From: Meyerozyma guilliermondii
Lineage: Eukaryota
Direction of reading: 5' to 3'
DNA: 64,000 nt
Assembly: GCA_051546255.1 (NCBI GenBank)
Contig: CP128820.1
Coordinates: 496,001 to 560,000, forward strand
In this document: positions 60,939 through 64,000 of the stretch, one piece after another
Numbering within the stretch: the stretch's first letter is position 1
Layout: each line of letters begins with the position of its first letter
Program-made: the position numbers and the translations under genes
Notes under the pieces: generated by a model
What the model saw: only the letters and a program-made list of their open reading frames with translations
The model's database searches: none
What the model was told of the DNA's origin: nothing

Positions 60939-62096
60939 ATGGTCACCGCCAAATTTGTATGGAAGCTCGTGACGGTGCCAGCGGTAATATTGCGTACAAT
61001 TGTACAATACTTCACTACAGGAACCGTGTATTCCAGAACAAGCTCCGAGTTCACCGATTCCTTATTTAAGAATGTCCATATGTCTGTGATATATCATCTT
61101 TCCGGGGCCATAGCAAAGGAGAATTGTAGACAGTTTGTTTATACCAAGATGACCAAGTTTGTAGACAAGTATGCCGACAATGCTATGGTGAAGAATGTGC
61201 TTAAAGGTTACGGAGTTGCATACGGCAAGCACTCGCGATGGATAGTGAAAAATAATGGTCCCAATGTGGTTGTGTTTCTTCATGGAGGAGGATACATGCT
61301 CAATGTGTTCGAATCACAATATGTGCAATTGTTGGCATTGTACCATGCTTTGCCTCGTCATGTTCAAGACAACTTGTCGATTGTGATAATCGAGTATTCT
61401 TTGACGATACACGAGCACACCTACCCTACGCAAATCCATGAGACGTTGGAATTGTACTCGCAATTGGTATCTGATGGGTACAATGAAATCACGCTTATGG
61501 GAGGTTCTGCTGGAGGAAATTTGGCACTTGCAATCAGTCGGTTCATCGCTTATCCAGAAGAAGCCGCTGGTCATTTTCTGCAATTTAAGCAATTCGATTT
61601 CAATTTTGGACCTTTGCCTCAACCCAAGGCACTTCTCTTGCTGTCGCCTTGGGTGCAACCAGCAACTGCTAACCCAGTTCCTACCAAATACGGAATCGAT
61701 GTCACTGGAGATTTGGGTTCCAGAGACACTTATATGGGAGACTGTTACCTTGGTGGTGTTTCCAAAGAGGCTACTATTCCGTGGGTAACCTTCACCGAGA
61801 CGAATTTCCAGCAACACTGGGCAAAAGTAGAGCCTATAGTTACCAACGGTCGTACCTTGATAATCTGCGGAGAACGAGAAGTACTCCGAGCCGGCATTGA
61901 AAAATTCGTGGATATCGTCAACGACGGCGGAAACGTCGAGTATGTTTTGGAGAAGGGTGGGGTGCACGACTGCTTGGCCTACGTGGAGAGTTTGGACTAC
62001 TTGGGCAAAAAGGGCAGTGAGAAGGCACTTCGAGGAGATTTCAATGACAAGTTTTGTTTCAACCAAATCACCAAGTATTTGGATCTTCTTGTATAG
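60939..62096 (+). CDS. HSL-type alpha/beta hydrolase (Say1/Mug180-like)
   Basis: FLHGGGY, YPTQ, GGSAGGNL, LLSPW, GEREVL, GVHD. Confidence 0.85.
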   Translation: MVTAKFVWKLVTVPAVILRTIVQYFTTGTVYSRTSSEFTDSLFKNVHMSVIYHLSGAIAKENCRQFVYTKMTKFVDKYADNAMVKNVLKGYGVAYGKHSRWIVKNNGPNVVVFLHGGGYMLNVFESQYVQLLALYHALPRHVQDNLSIVIIEYSLTIHEHTYPTQIHETLELYSQLVSDGYNEITLMGGSAGGNLALAISRFIAYPEEAAGHFLQFKQFDFNFGPLPQPKALLLLSPWVQPATANPVPTKYGIDVTGDLGSRDTYMGDCYLGGVSKEATIPWVTFTETNFQQHWAKVEPIVTNGRTLIICGEREVLRAGIEKFVDIVNDGGNVEYVLEKGGVHDCLAYVESLDYLGKKGSEKALRGDFNDKFCFNQITKYLDLLV

Positions 62097-62233
62097 ACAT
62101 GGCCTTCTGAGGTCAATATATGTAGTATTCTAATTTATTGGTCAATCAGATCTAATTTTGTATTATTAGTTCATCTCATTTTTCGATCTCACTTTTCAAT
62201 CTCACTTTCTCATTTTTCACTTCCCCACATTTG

Positions 62234-62911
62234 ATGAGGCACCCCCTTCTTGTGCTCCCCCAAAACTACATTAAGGGTCCAAAATACCTCAACAAGAGCC
62301 TACTAGATCCCAAATACTATGATCTCGGCGCCCTAGCCTCGAACCCCTTTGCTTCAGCATTGGTGGAAACAAAGTTGGACGTCTCTTCAAGAACTCGATT
62401 TCCCAAAAATCAAACTATCAGGCTTGGTGTTGTTTCCACATCGCCCCCAGTCAGTCCTGATTACCCTTCCCAGAGCAGAACATACCAGCTAACTCCCTTA
62501 CCAATGATAATCGAAAGAAAACATCGACCTATGCCTTCGTCCTACATGGTGAACAACAACAAATACATCAATTATGTGGTCAAATCTGGTAAATGGCGCC
62601 AGTATATCCCTCTGAAATTTCGCTTCAAGAATGATAATGCCATTGGTAATCGGCCACAGATATCTATGGAGTTGGGTAGTGAGGTCTATGAGGTTTTCGT
62701 TGAAAAGATTAAGCGAAAATTGCAAGAACAACCACCTTCAACTGAACCGGGCATGGTGGTCGTGGCTGGAGAACCTGGTATACGCTTTGAAGACGGGATG
62801 GTGGCACGCATACCACGAGTATGCTTTTCTGGGGAAAAAAGTGTGTTTGTGCCGTTTTCCAATGAACCGCTAGCAATGCTCATTTTACGGTTTATTCAAT
62901 TTCAGAGCTAA
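62234..62911 (+). CDS. Basic hypothetical protein, possibly mitochondrial Rrg8-like
   Basis: 225-aa ORF; NPFASAL...FPK..IRLGVV...SSYMVN weakly resembles Rrg8. Confidence 0.55.
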   Translation: MRHPLLVLPQNYIKGPKYLNKSLLDPKYYDLGALASNPFASALVETKLDVSSRTRFPKNQTIRLGVVSTSPPVSPDYPSQSRTYQLTPLPMIIERKHRPMPSSYMVNNNKYINYVVKSGKWRQYIPLKFRFKNDNAIGNRPQISMELGSEVYEVFVEKIKRKLQEQPPSTEPGMVVVAGEPGIRFEDGMVARIPRVCFSGEKSVFVPFSNEPLAMLILRFIQFQS

Positions 62912-62926
62912 TCTATCAATCTATAT

Positions 62927-64000
62927 CTAAAAACTACCAGACACTCTGCTGGCCTGGTAAAAGATCTCCAATAATGAACCATAATGAAGCAAATCGTTCA
63001 TTTGTCCAGCTGAAGAACAGCCTCCTGAGGCTGCAATTGAACCATAATACTCGTCGTACAAGTGTCTCGCTTCCCGCACAAGTTCTGCCTTGATAGCGTT
63101 ATAGGCTTGCACCTCATAGTTTCCCCTTGGACTTGTCTCCGTCACAAGGTCAGCAAACCCTGCAAATAACAAGTGTGAGTATTTGACATCGTCATGAACA
63201 TAAGTGTCAGAATAAAAAATGCTATTGAGGTTACCAGCGCCAATAGCACGTACTGCTAGCTCCAAAGCTTTTGATTTCCAGTCTTTGGAATTGTCGAATT
63301 TGCTCAAAAATGAAAAGCCAGAAATTGCTGCTCCAACGGTATAGGATAATTGACCTCGGTTGACGTTGCCGTTGGTATCTACTCCATCGTAAAGAAAATG
63401 GTTTTGGCTATCCATGAGGTTATCGAACGTCCAAGTGAGACAATGGATAGCAAATTGCAAATAGGTGTTGTTGGGTTTAATCTCGTATGACTTTACCGCT
63501 GCCAAAGCTGCTTCAACGTTTGAAATCAGGGCAAGGTAGTTACCTTTAACACTCCATAAAATACCAGTGCCATTATATTCCTGGCTGCGAATATAGTCAA
63601 GCAAATCGTTACCCACTTCAAAAAAGCTGGTATTGCTTGTGGTCTGACTGGCTTTATAAAGTGCCCATACAACCTGGGCATCGTCGTCCGTATAAATATC
63701 ACCGTCGCGAGCAGTGGTCGCAGAGTAGCCTGCTGCTTGTGTGCTCCGGTACTGAGAAAATGCGTTCATCGCTTTGTGGATGGTGGTATTGTCCATATCA
63801 TTCGAAACGGCTTTCCCAACTACCGCAACTGGCCATAATACTGGAGTCGAAGAAGTATTGCACTGGTTTGTCCAAAGATCATTTTCGCTGTCCCAAAACC
63901 GATCCACAATATTTCGTCCAAGCGATTCGTACACTTCGGTTGCAGAGGCAACAGGGTCTTTTGTGGTGACAGAGACGATGTTGGTTGAGTACGAACCCAA
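62927..64000 (-). CDS. GH76-like glycoside hydrolase, 5'-partial
   Basis: LWPVAV, YTDDDAQ tandem Asp motif, GILW, LYDG, SYTVG; the frame is open to the window edge. Confidence 0.8.
   Translation of the reverse strand: MGSYSTNIVSVTTKDPVASATEVYESLGRNIVDRFWDSENDLWTNQCNTSSTPVLWPVAVVGKAVSNDMDNTTIHKAMNAFSQYRSTQAAGYSATTARDGDIYTDDDAQVVWALYKASQTTSNTSFFEVGNDLLDYIRSQEYNGTGILWSVKGNYLALISNVEAALAAVKSYEIKPNNTYLQFAIHCLTWTFDNLMDSQNHFLYDGVDTNGNVNRGQLSYTVGAAISGFSFLSKFDNSKDWKSKALELAVRAIGAGNLNSIFYSDTYVHDDVKYSHLLFAGFADLVTETSPRGNYEVQAYNAIKAELVREARHLYDEYYGSIAASGGCSSAGQMNDLLHYGSLLEIFYQASRVSGSF

Overview
Gene-dense nuclear DNA of a budding yeast that reads CUG as Ser (CTG clade). The compact layout and MEL1 suggest a Meyerozyma/Debaryomycetaceae-like species, but that is inference. 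The supplied ORF track misreads CTG as Leu and often starts at TTG/GTG, so starts are corrected here to the likely ATG. About 1-26 kb is accessory-like: a degenerate YPS7, secreted alpha-galactosidase MEL1, three MFS transporters including MDR1, FRE7, a secreted GH114 galactosaminidase, two SDRs, an HGT12/GXS1 sugar symporter, FEX1 and a PaiB-family gene, with long repeat-containing intergenes. About 26-64 kb is compact housekeeping DNA: SGN1, YLR001C-like, AVT1, THI74-like, OST6, UNG1, MNN2-family, ISW2, DOT1, YML020W-like, CHA1, RAD33, a PPIL3-like cyclophilin split by a 41-nt intron, probable NSE5, ERV25, MRPL39, CYM1, OAC1, MUB1, a Say1-like hydrolase, RRG8-like and a partial GH76. The leading hypotheses are a GH114/GH27/symporter module for degrading mould galactosaminogalactan, and Mac1-type copper elements linking MDR1 with FRE7. 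Family calls rest on motifs and recalled sequences, not database searches. No tRNA, rRNA, CRISPR array or intact transposon was found.
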